The translations under genes and the position numbers were made by a program. The notes below the pieces were generated by a model that saw only the letters and a list, made by a program, of their open reading frames with translations, was not told the DNA's origin and made no database searches. From assembly GCA_949295025.1 (NCBI GenBank), contig CASFJK010000008.1, positions 606 through 64,605 on the forward strand: 64,000 nucleotides of DNA, read 5' to 3'. Within the stretch, counting starts at the first letter, position 1. Each line of letters opens with the position of its first letter. The DNA comes from an uncultured Pseudomonadota bacterium. Its GTDB lineage: Bacteria > Pseudomonadota > Alphaproteobacteria > RF32 > CAG-239. Positions 40,193-49,344 of the stretch are shown here, piece after piece.

Positions 40193-41258
40193 ATTTGTGT
40201 TTAGGGGGATTAATATAGTTTTCAATCATTTTATCCATCAAGATATCATATTCTTTTTCAGAAAGGATATTATCCCCATTCCCATCAATCTGTTGAAAAA
40301 CCTGAATGGAAATTTTTTGAGCTTCAGCTGTTTTATACTGAATAAATTCATCCTTTGAGATTATGCCGTCATGATTTAAATCCATTTCAGAAAATTTCTT
40401 TTTCATCATCATTCTTGCGCGTTGTTCGGGAGAAATACGGATTCCTCTATTGAGCATATTTGTTGCGCTAGCACCCTCATTTAAAATATTTTCAGGCAAA
40501 GCCATTCCCCCATCCAGAGAGAAAGCATTTTTCTTAGGCAAACTAGGAGCAATAGATGGTACAGGTTTATGGGGAGCTATTTTTTCTTCAATAGCTTCTT
40601 GTAAGGATGGTTTCTCTTCTTGAATTTGTTCAGGAGATGAAGACGAATTTATAGGCATTTTTTCTGCAGGAGTGGCGGGCTGAGATATAACCGGAGCCTG
40701 AGGCTGTTCTGCAGATTGTGGTTTTGCAGGAATCTCCACTTTATTTTGAACAACGGGAACCGTCGGTTGAGAAACTTTTTCTTCCCCTGTTTTTATTGGT
40801 GCTTCCACTTTTTTTTCTGTAGGGATATTTTGAGGTTCCACCTTAGGCTCAACCATATTTTTTTGAGCAGGAGGCAAAACAGTATCATCAACCTTTTGTT
40901 TGGCATCAGTTTCAATCGGAATAATGGTCGGTTGAGGTTGTGTTTGAGGTGCAGGCTGAGCTTGCGGTATAGGTTGTGGTTGAATTTGATTTTTGTTTGG
41001 TTCTGCAACATTTTGAGGTGCTGTCTGCGGTTGCAAATCAGAATTTTCTTTATCTAAGGGAATGTCATTAAATATCTGAATTTCATCATTATCTGATGTT
41101 AAATCATTTAAAAAATCTTCAGAAAAGAAAATGGTTTGAGCATCTTCTTCAGTCATGACCGGAGCCTGAGCTTTTTGTTCTGCAACAGGCTGTTCCTGAG
41201 CCCATGCCGGACAAGATAATAACACAGATAACCCTAAACTATAGATAATTTTCTTCAT
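40191..41258 (-). CDS. Exported EF-hand protein with Pro/Gln-rich linker
   Basis: Signal peptide AWA-Q; DLNHDGIISKDE and DGNGDNILSEKE loops. Confidence 0.8.
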   Translation of the reverse strand: MKKIIYSLGLSVLLSCPAWAQEQPVAEQKAQAPVMTEEDAQTIFFSEDFLNDLTSDNDEIQIFNDIPLDKENSDLQPQTAPQNVAEPNKNQIQPQPIPQAQPAPQTQPQPTIIPIETDAKQKVDDTVLPPAQKNMVEPKVEPQNIPTEKKVEAPIKTGEEKVSQPTVPVVQNKVEIPAKPQSAEQPQAPVISQPATPAEKMPINSSSSPEQIQEEKPSLQEAIEEKIAPHKPVPSIAPSLPKKNAFSLDGGMALPENILNEGASATNMLNRGIRISPEQRARMMMKKKFSEMDLNHDGIISKDEFIQYKTAEAQKISIQVFQQIDGNGDNILSEKEYDILMDKMIENYINPPKHK

Positions 41259-41327
41259 AATCAGATTCCACTCCACAAATTATACGGAAAGTTTAGGTTA
41301 AAAAGAAAACATAGTCAAAAAAAATAA

Positions 41328-41361
41328 TAAAAAAAGCCCCAAAGAAAATCTTTGAGGCTTT
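41328..41361 (-). terminator. Terminator after proS
   Basis: Minus strand AAAGCCTCAAAGA-TTT-TCTTTGGGGCTTT-T-run. Confidence 0.8.
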
Positions 41362-41377
41362 GTAAAAGAATGTATGC

Positions 41378-42895
41378 TTAGTAAGAACGAGCATAAATTA
41401 CATCAATTGTTGCCGGTTTTCCGGTAAGCAAGCAAACACCTTCCGTGTTGCTTTGGTCGAGAGGCAAGCAGCGAATGTTGATTTTCATTTCTTTCAAAAT
41501 TTCTTCGCTCTTTTCATCCCCGCTCCATTTACCGCGAACAAAAGCAACCTTTTGTCCGTCAGCACCTTCAATCCAGCAGTTTGGATTAGCAAAATATGCC
41601 TTGAACTCTTCCGGAGTTTTAATATCGGTACGAATATTGTTATCTAAGCGCTTTTTAGCCTTGTCAAACATGGCTTTTTGAATATTTTCCAAACGTTCAG
41701 CAATCGTGTTGACAAATTCGGTTCTGTGAGCAATTTCCTTGCCCTCAGGTGTGCCGAGTTTAAGACGTTCTTTAACCATGAGGTTATCGCCCTCAACATC
41801 GCGCATACCAATCTCGCAAATAACCGGAGCACCTTTTTTGGTCCACTCCCAGAATTTATCAACAGATTTACGATCACGTTTATCAACTTTGATTCTGATT
41901 TTTTCAGCAAAGGGAGCTTTAGTTTTGAGCTCTTTAACCAAATTATCAATATAAGCCATAACCTTAGCTTCATCATTTTCGTTTTTAACAACCGGAATGA
42001 TAACAACTTGGTAAGGTGCAATTCTCGGCGGAACAACCATACCTTCATCATCGGCATGAGTCATAATCACACCACCGATAAGACGGGTTGAAACACCCCA
42101 AGAAGAGGTGTAAGCAAATTCAGGTTGGTTATTGGCGTTGATGAAAGAAATATTAGCAGACTTTGCAAAGTTTTGACCGAGGAAGTGAGATGTACCGGCT
42201 TGCAAAGCTTTACCGTCTTGCATCATAGCCTCAACGCAATAAGTATCAACAGCGCCAGGGAACTTATCAAATTCTGGTTTGCGTCCCATAATGACCGGCA
42301 TGGCAAGAGTCTCTTCACAAAGTTCGCGATAAGCATGCAACATGCGGATAGTTTCTTCTTCGGCTTCTTTAGCGGTTGCATGAGCCGTGTGACCTTCTTG
42401 CCACAAAAATTCACGTGTTCTCAAAAACAGACGAGGGCGCATTTCCCAACGAACCACGTTTGCCCATTGGTTAACCAAAACCGGCAAATCGCGGTAAGAT
42501 TTAACCCATTTTGAAAAAGAGTCGGCAATGATGGCTTCACTGGTCGGACGCACGATAAGAGGTTCATCCAACTCGGAAGACGGAACCAGTTTGCCGTCTT
42601 TCATAGCCAAACGAGAGTGAGTAACCACAGCCATTTCCTTAGCAAAACCGTCGACATGTTCGGCTTCTTTTTGAAAGAATGAAAGAGGAATAAACATCGG
42701 GAAATAGCAATTTTCGTGGTCGGTTTCTTTAATTTTTTCATCAAAAACGTCGCGGATTCTTTCCCAGATTCCATATCCCCACGGTTTGATAACCATGCAT
42801 CCAGGGCTGGAAGAGTTTTCAGCCATATCAGCTTCGGCTACAACGTTTTGGTACCATTCAGGATAATTTCCTGCTCTAACATTTTTTAGTGTCAT
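41378..42895 (-). CDS. proS: Proline--tRNA ligase, archaeal/eukaryote-like type
   Basis: KEAEHVDGF, VRPTSE, QWANVVRWEMRPRLFLRTREFLWQEGHT, QAGTSHFLGQNF, C-terminal ARSY; start MTLK after AAGGA. Confidence 0.97.
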   Translation of the reverse strand: MTLKNVRAGNYPEWYQNVVAEADMAENSSSPGCMVIKPWGYGIWERIRDVFDEKIKETDHENCYFPMFIPLSFFQKEAEHVDGFAKEMAVVTHSRLAMKDGKLVPSSELDEPLIVRPTSEAIIADSFSKWVKSYRDLPVLVNQWANVVRWEMRPRLFLRTREFLWQEGHTAHATAKEAEEETIRMLHAYRELCEETLAMPVIMGRKPEFDKFPGAVDTYCVEAMMQDGKALQAGTSHFLGQNFAKSANISFINANNQPEFAYTSSWGVSTRLIGGVIMTHADDEGMVVPPRIAPYQVVIIPVVKNENDEAKVMAYIDNLVKELKTKAPFAEKIRIKVDKRDRKSVDKFWEWTKKGAPVICEIGMRDVEGDNLMVKERLKLGTPEGKEIAHRTEFVNTIAERLENIQKAMFDKAKKRLDNNIRTDIKTPEEFKAYFANPNCWIEGADGQKVAFVRGKWSGDEKSEEILKEMKINIRCLPLDQSNTEGVCLLTGKPATIDVIYARSY

Positions 42896-42921
42896 AAGTT
42901 TATTCCTTAAAAAGTTTAATA

Positions 42922-42965
42922 TCGCAATTAAAAGCCCGTTCCCCCAATGGAACAAGCCTGCGCGA
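42922..42965 (-). promoter_or_regulatory. proS leader hairpin displaying Pro anticodon (candidate operator or attenuator)
   Basis: Sense UCGCG-C-AGGCUUGUUCC-AUUGGG-GGAACGGGCUU-UUAAU-UGCGA. Confidence 0.6.
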
Positions 42966-43192
42966 GCATAACAGAGATAATATATATTGTAAATATATAA
43001 AGTAAGATAAATTTCGCTTGCAAATTAAAATAGGAGAGCTAGACTCATAAACGTAACTAATTTTGGTAAGAAAGATTTTATCTTGAGATTGTTTCTTCCT
43101 GAGCAATTTTTTTGAGTTGTCTTGACCAAGCAGTTTATTAAACCAAAAGGATAGTTATATGGATTAACCTGTTTATGCAAAGGATTAAGAAT

Positions 43193-43396
43193 ATGGCAAC
43201 AGGAACAGTAAAATGGTTTAACAACAGAAAGGGCTATGGTTTTATTTGTCCTGACGAGGGCGGAAATGATGTATTTGTTCATATTACCGCAGTTCAAAAA
43301 GCAGGCTTAAAAACCTTGAAAGAGAACGCAAAAGTTTCTTATGAACTTATGGAAGAAAAAGGCAAAACAGTTGCCGGAAATTTGAAACTGGCATAG
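43193..43396 (+). CDS. Cold-shock protein
   Basis: GTVKWFN, KGYGFI, DVFVH. Confidence 0.96.
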   Translation: MATGTVKWFNNRKGYGFICPDEGGNDVFVHITAVQKAGLKTLKENAKVSYELMEEKGKTVAGNLKLA

Positions 43397-43409
43397 TTTT
43401 TTTTAGATT

Positions 43410-43450
43410 ATATCCTCCGTATACAAGTGATACGGAGGATATTTGTTTTT
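43410..43450 (+). terminator. Terminator after csp
   Basis: ATATCCTCCGTAT...ATACGGAGGATAT followed by T-rich tract. Confidence 0.8.
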
Positions 43451-43523
43451 ATTAGAGAAAATTGACAAAAAGTATCTTGCAGTAAGTCATATTTTGTAGT
43501 ATTATACGCATACAATAAACAAG

Positions 43524-45014
43524 ATGGAGTATGTAAACATGGATATAAATAAGGCTTTGGAATTAATAGAAAGCGGCCGTTTTGAGGAACTTGATATTGA
43601 TGATATTTGGGAGCTCATAAATGTGTTGTCAATCTCATCCGAGCCACAAGCATTTCAGGCATTGGTAAAATTGCAAAACAGCAAAATAGGTCAATCTTTG
43701 CCACAAATGAACATGCAAATGAAATATATCATGGAGCAAAATATTCAGGCTTTGAACAAAATTGAAAAAGATTTCAATTTGTTTGAGATGGATAAAAAAG
43801 GCAATCCTATTCAAGCCGAGGTTTTGCCGATTTTCAATTTTTTCAGCCATGTAGAAGTTAAAAATAAAGATGAGGCAGAAAAAGTTCAGCCGCAAAAATT
43901 GTTTGAACAAGCCGTATCCATTGCCAAACTTACAGCCAAAAAAGATATTGTATTAGATAAAAATTTCAGTAAACAAAAACCTGAAGAACAACAAAAGACC
44001 TATGCCAACACAGTCTTAATGGCTATGGAAGAAACCGCTTTTGTTTTAGTTTCTAACCAAATTTTGGAAGACACTCTGGCTCAAAAACACACCCCGTTAT
44101 CAAAAGCAGATAAAGAAGAAATATCAGCCAAGGCAGAAAAAAGATTTTCAGAAGTTATTAATCCAAAATCTAAAACAAGTTTTCAATTAACTAATAGCAA
44201 TATTATCAGTACTTTCAGCGCTGAAATAAATCGAGCCGGCAATAAGGCGGCATTGGTAGAAAAAAACACCACTTTCAAAGGATTAAATAACGAAGTTGCT
44301 AAAGTAGATAAAAAATTAGAAAAAGAATATCCTGAAACAATGCAATTGTTAAGACCGCTTGCTCAATATCAAAATATTGCGTTTTTGGCCGGCAGCCAAG
44401 GTCGTAACGTGTTTGGTGCGGATTGTATTGCTCAAACAGTTCATGAAAACAACCCGGCCAAAGGACAAAAAGAAGTTTCTTTATTTGCCTTTTTGAAAGA
44501 GCAACCGGCAAAAATTAAAAGTTTCAGCCAAAATATTGTTCGTTCTATCAAAAAAGCATATACCTTTATGGCAGAAGCCGTTTCGCTTAAACTCTCAAGT
44601 GAAAAAATTGCAGATGGCTTCAAAAATATGTTTTCTTTCTTCAGCCGTAATAAAGAAGATAAAAATGCCAAATATAATGGTATTGATGCCAAAACAATGA
44701 ATGCTAATTTGCACAAAATGAGTGTCTATGCCGGTGATAATCTGTTAGCACAAAGCAGGGATGATAAAAAAATCATCGCATGGAAAGATTTTCATAAATT
44801 ATATAACAGCCAATTAGGTCAAGCCATGAGATTAAATTCTGAAAGGCTCGAATTAATGTCCGAAAGAATTGAATTAACTCCGGACAATGTAAAAGATTAT
44901 ACCAAAGTAACACCGATTGTTTTATCAAAGAAGACAAAATCTCCGAAGACTCTTATTGGTAAAGCAATAAATAAAGTCATGCTTTCTCAAAAAACCGGTG
45001 GAAAAGTTCATTAA
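43524..45014 (+). CDS. Hypothetical helical protein (orphan)
   Basis: 496-aa ORF, Lys/Gln/Glu-rich, own promoter region and terminator; alternative start at 43539. Confidence 0.8.
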   Translation: MEYVNMDINKALELIESGRFEELDIDDIWELINVLSISSEPQAFQALVKLQNSKIGQSLPQMNMQMKYIMEQNIQALNKIEKDFNLFEMDKKGNPIQAEVLPIFNFFSHVEVKNKDEAEKVQPQKLFEQAVSIAKLTAKKDIVLDKNFSKQKPEEQQKTYANTVLMAMEETAFVLVSNQILEDTLAQKHTPLSKADKEEISAKAEKRFSEVINPKSKTSFQLTNSNIISTFSAEINRAGNKAALVEKNTTFKGLNNEVAKVDKKLEKEYPETMQLLRPLAQYQNIAFLAGSQGRNVFGADCIAQTVHENNPAKGQKEVSLFAFLKEQPAKIKSFSQNIVRSIKKAYTFMAEAVSLKLSSEKIADGFKNMFSFFSRNKEDKNAKYNGIDAKTMNANLHKMSVYAGDNLLAQSRDDKKIIAWKDFHKLYNSQLGQAMRLNSERLELMSERIELTPDNVKDYTKVTPIVLSKKTKSPKTLIGKAINKVMLSQKTGGKVH

Positions 45015-45032
45015 TAAGAACCGAATTCTAAT

Positions 45033-45063
45033 AAAAAAGGAGCAAAATTCTGCTCCTTTTTTT
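45033..45063. terminator. Bidirectional terminator
   Basis: A6-GGAGCA-AAATTC-TGCTCC-T7. Confidence 0.85.
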
Positions 45064-45082
45064 ATTCTCCTATCAGAGGCTA

Positions 45083-46828
45083 TTATCGTGTGTATGAAGC
45101 TTCGATAATACGGGCTTGGCGCGCTTCATCCAAGTCATAGTTAGCTTTAACATTAAGTTGAGGTGCAATTGCCGAAATAATTTTAGCGGCTGTTGGCACA
45201 GAGTTCCATCCAGATGTAGTAAAGCCCCAAGTCTCTTTGCTGCCTTTGGGTTCATCCATCATAACCAATAACGCATATTGCGGATTGCTGACGGGGAAGG
45301 TGGAGACAAAGGTGGTGCGAACCACTTTACTGTTATATTTTCCGTTTGCTGAAAGTTTGTTTGCGGTTCCTGTCTTTCCGGCAACTTCATAACCTAAAAC
45401 ATTAGCACGTTTACCGGAACCATCGGTAACAACCAAACGCAATAAATCACGCATTTGTTTTGAAGTATTATATGATAAAACACGATATCCGTTATCTTTT
45501 TTATCGCTGTTTTTCAAGAGAGTAGGTTCGTGGTAGATACCGCCGTTAACAACAGCAGAAAAAGCGGTGATAACATGCATTGGGGTTAACGCCAAGCCAT
45601 AACCATAAGCCACGGTTGCAATTGTACTTTCACTCCAACGTTTGGGTACAATAGGTTTGCTTTTTTCGGTAATTTCAAAATCAAGTTCATCAAAGAACCC
45701 CATTTTTTGCATGAATTGTCTTTGTTCGGCGCCACCAACTTTAAGAGCCATACGCGCAGAACCAATGTTGGAAGAATGAACCATAATCTCCGGTACGGAC
45801 AACCAGCGATTTTCTCCGCGATAATCTTTAATAACGTTATATTTGAGTTTAAGAGGTTCGGTTGCATCAAATTTATCGGCAACTTTAACTTTGCCGCTTT
45901 CCAAAGACATAGCTGCATTAAAAACTTTTAAAACAGATCCCGGTTCATAAACGCCTTTGGTCGCCATATTAAAATAAGAACGAGAGTTGGGGTTGACCGA
46001 GCGGTTAGGGTCATAATCAGGCAAAGAAACCAAAGCAATGACTTCGCTGGTATTAACATCCATCAAAATAGCCGCAGCACCTGCAGCGTCAAAATGCTTG
46101 ACGGCAGCAGCCAAATGCTCGCGAATGGTATCTTGAACACCGGAATCAATAGTTAATGCTAACGGAATGTCAGACTGAGTCAGTCTTTCATTTTCGGCTT
46201 TTTCAATTCCACCGATTCCTTTGTTATCAATATTGGTAGAACCAAGAAGATGAGCAAATAAATTTTTATGCGGGTAGATTCGTTTTTCCCCGTTTTCAAA
46301 TTCTAATCCGGGAATACCAAGATAATTGATTTTATATTGCTGAGAAGGGGTTAGATTGCGTTTCAGATAAACAAAGCTGCTTTTAGAAGAAAGTTTTCTC
46401 AGAACATCATTATAGTTGAGTTCTGGTAAAATTTTAACCAAGCGTTGGGCCGCCCGTTCCGGATTTAATATTTTTTTGGGGTTTGCATAAAGATTTACGG
46501 TTGGCAAAGAGGTCGCAATAATCGTTCCGTTTCTGTCAGTAATATCAGCTCTTTTGATAGGATTTTGGGCATAAGCTCGTAAGTGGTTTTCCTCTTCTTG
46601 TTCAGCCGCATGCAAGTTAGGCGCAACACAAACCTCAAACAGGCGGATGCCGATAATGGCATAAACCAAAATAAAACCAAGCATGGCAAAAGCCACGCGA
46701 TTCTTACAAATAGAAAGCGGATCTTTAGCGCAGGTATAATTCATAAAAGAACAGCTTTTACCGATTTTTATTTCCTCTCCCGGTAAATAAAAGCTTTCTT
46801 CTTTTTTGGAAAGATACTTCCCGAACAT
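45083..46828 (-). CDS. ftsI: Peptidoglycan D,D-transpeptidase FtsI (PBP3)
   Basis: RADITDRNG, YEPGSVLK (SxxK), SSN, KTGTA. Confidence 0.95.
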   Translation of the reverse strand: MFGKYLSKKEESFYLPGEEIKIGKSCSFMNYTCAKDPLSICKNRVAFAMLGFILVYAIIGIRLFEVCVAPNLHAAEQEEENHLRAYAQNPIKRADITDRNGTIIATSLPTVNLYANPKKILNPERAAQRLVKILPELNYNDVLRKLSSKSSFVYLKRNLTPSQQYKINYLGIPGLEFENGEKRIYPHKNLFAHLLGSTNIDNKGIGGIEKAENERLTQSDIPLALTIDSGVQDTIREHLAAAVKHFDAAGAAAILMDVNTSEVIALVSLPDYDPNRSVNPNSRSYFNMATKGVYEPGSVLKVFNAAMSLESGKVKVADKFDATEPLKLKYNVIKDYRGENRWLSVPEIMVHSSNIGSARMALKVGGAEQRQFMQKMGFFDELDFEITEKSKPIVPKRWSESTIATVAYGYGLALTPMHVITAFSAVVNGGIYHEPTLLKNSDKKDNGYRVLSYNTSKQMRDLLRLVVTDGSGKRANVLGYEVAGKTGTANKLSANGKYNSKVVRTTFVSTFPVSNPQYALLVMMDEPKGSKETWGFTTSGWNSVPTAAKIISAIAPQLNVKANYDLDEARQARIIEASYTR

Positions 46829-46874
46829 ACTGCTTTCTGCCTTTTTCTATATACAATTACTTATAAAACAAAGA

Positions 46875-47258
46875 TTAACGCTGAGCTTTTGCAAGCTTTT
46901 TCAAGCCTTTATTTTGGTCAGCATAATCTGAAATATTTTTCTGAGCCAGATTCCTTCTCGAATCATCAGCTTCATATTCAAATGGTAACGCAGAAAGGTT
47001 AATAATTTGTTCAGCTTGTATCGGATTTAGTGAAATATGTTTAGCAGCAAGTTTACGCAAACGAGCAGGATTGTTTAAATGGCTCCATTCGGCTTTGAGA
47101 ACATGAATGGTTTTGATATCGTTTTGAATATTTTTATTAATAACAACCAACTGTTTTTCCAAGCCTTGTACCTGATTCTTCATCACCAAAATACCAAATC
47201 CCAATAAGCAAGGAATGATAATTGATAAAACATATGAAGCGGTTTTCGTACTGGTCAT
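46875..47258 (-). CDS. ftsL: Cell division protein FtsL
   Basis: TM plus coiled coil, LKAEWSHLNNPARL; between rsmH and ftsI. Confidence 0.88.
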   Translation of the reverse strand: MTSTKTASYVLSIIIPCLLGFGILVMKNQVQGLEKQLVVINKNIQNDIKTIHVLKAEWSHLNNPARLRKLAAKHISLNPIQAEQIINLSALPFEYEADDSRRNLAQKNISDYADQNKGLKKLAKAQR

Positions 47259-47278
47259 TTCGCAAATCCTTTCTAGGT

Positions 47279-48211
47279 TCAGCGTGCTCTTTTTAATCCC
47301 CAACGTAATTTTGCCGAGCGAGAGCGAGCATTGAGCTTAATCTCTTCCTCAGAAGCCGAAATAACTTTAGATGTTTCGGCAAAAATTACGCTTTCATCAA
47401 GTTCCGGAATCTCTTTTGCATATTTTGAAATATGAACATTAGGACCGGAATTCTCTTTGAAAAAGTTTTTAACAATGCGGTCTTCCAATGAATGGAAGGT
47501 GACCACGACCAGACGTCCGTTCGGGTTGAGTCTGGTAGTTGCACCTTTGAGACCATTTTCAAGTTCATTTAGTTCGTTATTCACGGCAATACGCAGTGCT
47601 TGAAAAGTTCGTGTTGCTGGATCAATAGCATTCGGTGTTTTGTGAATAACGGTATAAATAAGTTCAGCAAGTTGTTTAGTGGTTTCAATCGGTTGAATAG
47701 TGCGATCTTTGACAATTTTTGCTGCAATTTGACGAGATTTCTTTTCTTCGCCATATTTATAGATAAGGTCGGCAAGTTCTTTTTCAGGTAAGGTGTTGAC
47801 AATGTCAGCGGCAGAAAGACCGCTACAAGACATGCGCATATCTAAGGGAGCATCTTTAGAGAATGAAAACCCACGCTCTGCATTATCAAGTTGCATGGAA
47901 GAAACGCCGATATCAAAAACGGCACCATCTATATTTTCAGAAATAAGTTCAGCAAAATCGCCAAATTGTCCGGCGCAAAATTCAAAACGAGAGCCATATT
48001 TTGCCTGCAACTCTTGAGCTCTTGAAACAACATTCGGGTCGCGGTCAAGAGCAATCACTTTACAGTTGGCAGCTTTGAGCAAAGCTTCGGTATAACCGCC
48101 GTTGCCGAAAGTGGCATCAACATAAACCTTATCGTCCTTGGGAGACAAAGCTTGCAAAACTTCAGGCAACATAACCGGAAAATGCTTTTCATAACCGCCG
48201 GGAATCATCAT
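47279..48211 (-). CDS. rsmH: 16S rRNA m4C1402 methyltransferase
   Basis: HFPVM, DATFGNGGY, DIGVSSMQLD, TFHSLEDRIVK, RSRSAKLR. Confidence 0.97.
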   Translation of the reverse strand: MMIPGGYEKHFPVMLPEVLQALSPKDDKVYVDATFGNGGYTEALLKAANCKVIALDRDPNVVSRAQELQAKYGSRFEFCAGQFGDFAELISENIDGAVFDIGVSSMQLDNAERGFSFSKDAPLDMRMSCSGLSAADIVNTLPEKELADLIYKYGEEKKSRQIAAKIVKDRTIQPIETTKQLAELIYTVIHKTPNAIDPATRTFQALRIAVNNELNELENGLKGATTRLNPNGRLVVVTFHSLEDRIVKNFFKENSGPNVHISKYAKEIPELDESVIFAETSKVISASEEEIKLNARSRSAKLRWGLKRAR

Positions 48212-48705
48212 TCATTCTCCTTTGAACGTAGAGATGGACGATTTTTCAATGCTTCGGCACGGATACGAGCTTCTTCTTTGGCCCAATTTTCAGGGTTCCA
48301 AATTTGAAATTTGCGTCCTTTACCGACAAACACGGCCTCATTTGTGATACCGGCATGTTTCAAAAGTTTTTCAGAAAGCATGATGCGTCCGGTCGAATCA
48401 AACGGAAAGCGTTTAGCATCGCCAAATACAAGGTTGGTGAGATTATCTTGAGCTTCGGAAAAGAAGTCGGTGGAGTTTTCAATATCGGCGGCAAGCTTAT
48501 CCAAAGTTTCTTCCAAACAACCTTCAATACAAGGCAGAGAAAGGCTTCTGTAACAAACTATTTCGCTGGATAAGTCTTTGACAATGGCGCGATAATCAGA
48601 AGGTAAGGAAACACGGCCTTTACCGTCAACCTTATTACAGATAGTGTCCATAAAGAGAAAAACTTTTCTCAAATCTGCATCCTTCTGAGTTATACGTTTC
48701 AACAA
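48208..48705 (-). CDS. mraZ: Transcriptional regulator MraZ (true start possibly TTG at 48672)
   Basis: NKVDGKGRVSLP and DSTGRIML repeats, FVGKGRKFQIW. Confidence 0.95.
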   Translation of the reverse strand: MLKRITQKDADLRKVFLFMDTICNKVDGKGRVSLPSDYRAIVKDLSSEIVCYRSLSLPCIEGCLEETLDKLAADIENSTDFFSEAQDNLTNLVFGDAKRFPFDSTGRIMLSEKLLKHAGITNEAVFVGKGRKFQIWNPENWAKEEARIRAEALKNRPSLRSKENE

Positions 48706-48710
48706 TAACT

Positions 48711-48746
48711 ATGGTATAACATGGGATTTTATGGGAATCAATGGGA
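48711..48746. promoter_or_regulatory. MraZ-binding direct repeats
   Basis: ATGGTA at 48711; ATGGGA at 48721, 48731, 48741 (10-nt period), matching the TGGGN repeat pattern. Confidence 0.85.
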
Positions 48747-48767
48747 AAATTTAGTATTTTATTAACT

Positions 48768-48782
48768 GTTCATGTTTTGTTC
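48768..48782. promoter_or_regulatory. Alphaproteobacterial LexA (SOS) box
   Basis: GTTC-ATGTTTT-GTTC (GAACAAAACATGAAC on minus strand). Confidence 0.65.
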
Positions 48783-48918
48783 TTTAAAAACATATACCTC
48801 GGAGTCGCAAGCCCTTGCGAACTCTTGCTTTCAAAAAAATAAAAAAATGGGGATAATTTTTTACTTTTTTTAATAAATAAACTTGCTTTTATTTTTTATA
48901 TGTTTAGAGTCTGAAAAT

Positions 48919-49301
48919 AGGCAGTCGGATAGCTGCGTCGGGAAACCGGCGAGGAAAGTCCGGGCTTCATGGAAACAAGATACCAGATAACGTCTGGCTG
49001 GGGAAACCCAAGGGAAAGTGCCACAGAAAATTACCGCCGCGGTTTGTTCTGCGGTAAGGTTGAAAAGGCGGTGTAAGAGACCACCGCAAAGCCGGTAACG
49101 GTTTTGGCAAGGTAAACCCTATCTGAAGCAAGACCAAGTTAGGAGGGCTTTGAGCAATCAAAGTTACACGAGGCGTTTCCACCTCGCTCCAGAGGTAGGT
49201 CGCGATGAGCAGCATGGTGACATTCTGCCCAGATGAATAGCTATCGTTTTGCTGAGCGGCAACGCTTGAGTAAAATACAGAACCCGGCTTATAGACTGCC
49301 T
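48919..49301 (+). ncRNA. rnpB: RNase P RNA (type A)
   Basis: GAGGAAAGTCCGGGCT, GGAAAGTGCCACAGAAA, GGTAAAACCC, ACAGAACCCGGCTTATA; P1 AGGCAGTC/GACTGCCT. Confidence 0.96.
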
Positions 49302-49344
49302 GATTATTTTGAAAAATAAGACAAGAAACAAAAGGGTAAAATAT

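Noticed and set aside
42896-42955. 20-aa N-terminal extension or leader peptide of proS
   Set aside because: TTG start lies inside the hairpin with no SD and no Pro codons, so it is not a leader-peptide attenuator.
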